From positions 44,826,001 to 44,890,000 of the forward strand of contig NC_043005.1 in assembly GCF_006345805.1 (NCBI RefSeq): DNA of 64,000 nt, in the 5' to 3' direction. The DNA is from Octopus sinensis (Eukaryota). Shown one piece after another: positions 62,394 through 64,000 of this stretch. Numbering within the stretch: position 1 is the stretch's first letter; each line of letters begins with the position of its first letter. The notes beneath the pieces are model-generated. The model saw only the letters and a program-made list of their open reading frames with translations, searched no databases and was not told the origin of the DNA. The position numbers were made by a program, and so were the translations under genes.

Positions 62394-63440
62394 CAGAGTG
62401 TATCACTTTTTTGAGGATACCTCTTTCAAGAGTTTTAATTTTCTTCTAATTAACATTTTTCTTTACTTTTCAGATAAATAATATCAAACATCAGGTTAAC
62501 TAGGGAAATAAAAAGGCAAGCTCTAATTATTGCCTTAAAAATGCAGCAGTGTGATACAGAGTTTGTTAGTTTCCTGAAAGTTGCCTGATACTTCATTGTC
62601 AAAGTTGGAAAGAAGTGGAGACGCAGCTGAAAGGATACAGTATCAGTAGTTAAAGGCAAAATGCATGCACAAGGTCCCATACCATCAGAACATTATGCTT
62701 TGCATGAAAATGTCCAAGAAACAATTGATAAAATTCCTGGAAATTCAATCAGAGCCATTTCAAAAGATGTTAAAATATCAGAATGCACCATCAGGAGAGT
62801 TGTGGCTGAGGACATCTGCACTGAGCTGCATGTGATACAAGGGGGTTAGTTTATGTCAAATGTGACAAGAGAGAATTGTTTGATCCATGCAAAGTGCTTG
62901 GCTAAAAAATTTAAAACACCATGAGGCTGGAATGCTTTGGTTTTTTCTCTGATGAGAAAAACTTTGATCAGGACCAAAAGGTAAACTGAAGGAATGACAG
63001 ATGGTTATGCAAAGACTCAAATGAAGTTCCAATAGTCATGCATACTAAATTCCCTGCAACTCTGATGGTTTTGGGGAGTTGTCAGCAATGAGGGAGATGC
63101 CACACCTCCTCACTTTTTTTCGTAGGGCTTAAGAGTCAATGCTGCTGTCTACATAAAGATGCCAGAGAAGGCTCTGGATACACAGAGTATGCAATAGAAA
63201 ACCGTACATCTTCCAACAAGACTTTGCATTGTCTCATTAGGCAAGGACAACCCAAGTATGTCAATCTCCACGATCATGCTCATCTAAACATGTGGCCTCC
63301 TAGCTCACCAGATCTCAATCTAATGAATTGTTGCATATGTGGCATAGTCAAGAGAGAGGTCAATCAACACCCTTATAACACCATACAATCACCCATGTCT
63401 GCCATTACCATGTCTAAAATTGATAAAGTTCATCTGATTC
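62394..63440 (+). mobile_element. Decayed Tc1/mariner, maT/DD37D-like
   Basis: TA-cagagtg start; WFFSDEKNFDQDQKVN*RNDRW, HTKFPATLMVLG, YIFQQD, MWPPSSPDLNLMN; right TIR not seen. Confidence 0.8.
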
Positions 63441-63846
63441 AGGCAAACATTCTGTACTGAGGACAGGAAGGAACCCAGAAACCGGTATACTCATTTTACT
63501 TTGCTGGAGGGAGGATGGTTTGTTCCCTTGCTCACAATAAAACAGGCACAGGTTGTGTGTCGTTAGATAGTGGGAATAGATGTTTTCCTGCAGTTAAATA
63601 TAGTAACATTTTTTACATTTGATGGATAGTTGTCCTCATCGATAATGATGATGATGATGAAGCTGAGTAAACTGGTACTATATTGATTATTGTCCCCTTT
63701 TTTTCATGTAAAACTGAAAGGTATGGTTTTTTGAATTAAAGGAAGATTTGGCTACTATTTTTAGCAGATTAAGTGATCATATATAGATGTGCATTATTTA
63801 CATTATTTACATTTGACGGATATTTGTCCTCGTCTTGTTTGTTGTT

Positions 63847-63892
63847 AACACATCGTTTCGGCTGATATATCCTCCAGCCTTCATCAGGTGCC
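63847..63892 (-). ncRNA. Minimal hammerhead motif, U16.1-to-A substitution
   Basis: GGCAC CUGAUGA A GGCUG gaggauauau CAGCC GAAAC GAU GUGUU. Confidence 0.6.
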
Positions 63893-63941
63893 TTGGGGAA
63901 ATTTCAAACCTGGGTTCTCATTCCTAAGATATTTTTTTATC

Positions 63942-63988
<47 letters not shown>

Positions 63989-64000
63989 AATTATTATTAT

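Overview
Eukaryotic, AT-rich, repeat-saturated DNA with no host-gene exon I can support. The repeat landscape ((TA)n/(CA)n/(ATT)n/(GAT)n microsatellites, several tRNA-headed SINE families, RTE and CR1 LINEs, Penelope-like termini) suggests an octopus-like mollusc, which is an inference from recall, not a database result. The only substantial coding sequences are transposon-derived. They are a near-intact RTE LINE (~11.7-15.6 kb, APE + RT with a PHD-type finger inside the RT region), a near-intact CR1-clade LINE (~16.1-19.6 kb), and decayed or deleted Tc1/mariner, Chapaev-like, REL-type LINE and Penelope fragments. Most short ORFs in the track are microsatellite artefacts. The most interesting signals are three: (i) a set of type I hammerhead ribozyme motifs read by eye, with all core-intact copies on the minus strand and several inside large palindromes; (ii) a higher-order 140-bp tandem array (8.3-11.5 kb) whose copy-number change is polarised; (iii) a hAT MITE apparently split by ~11.5 kb of nested insertions. 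All alignments and folds were done by eye, so element boundaries are approximate unless anchored on a TIR or TSD.
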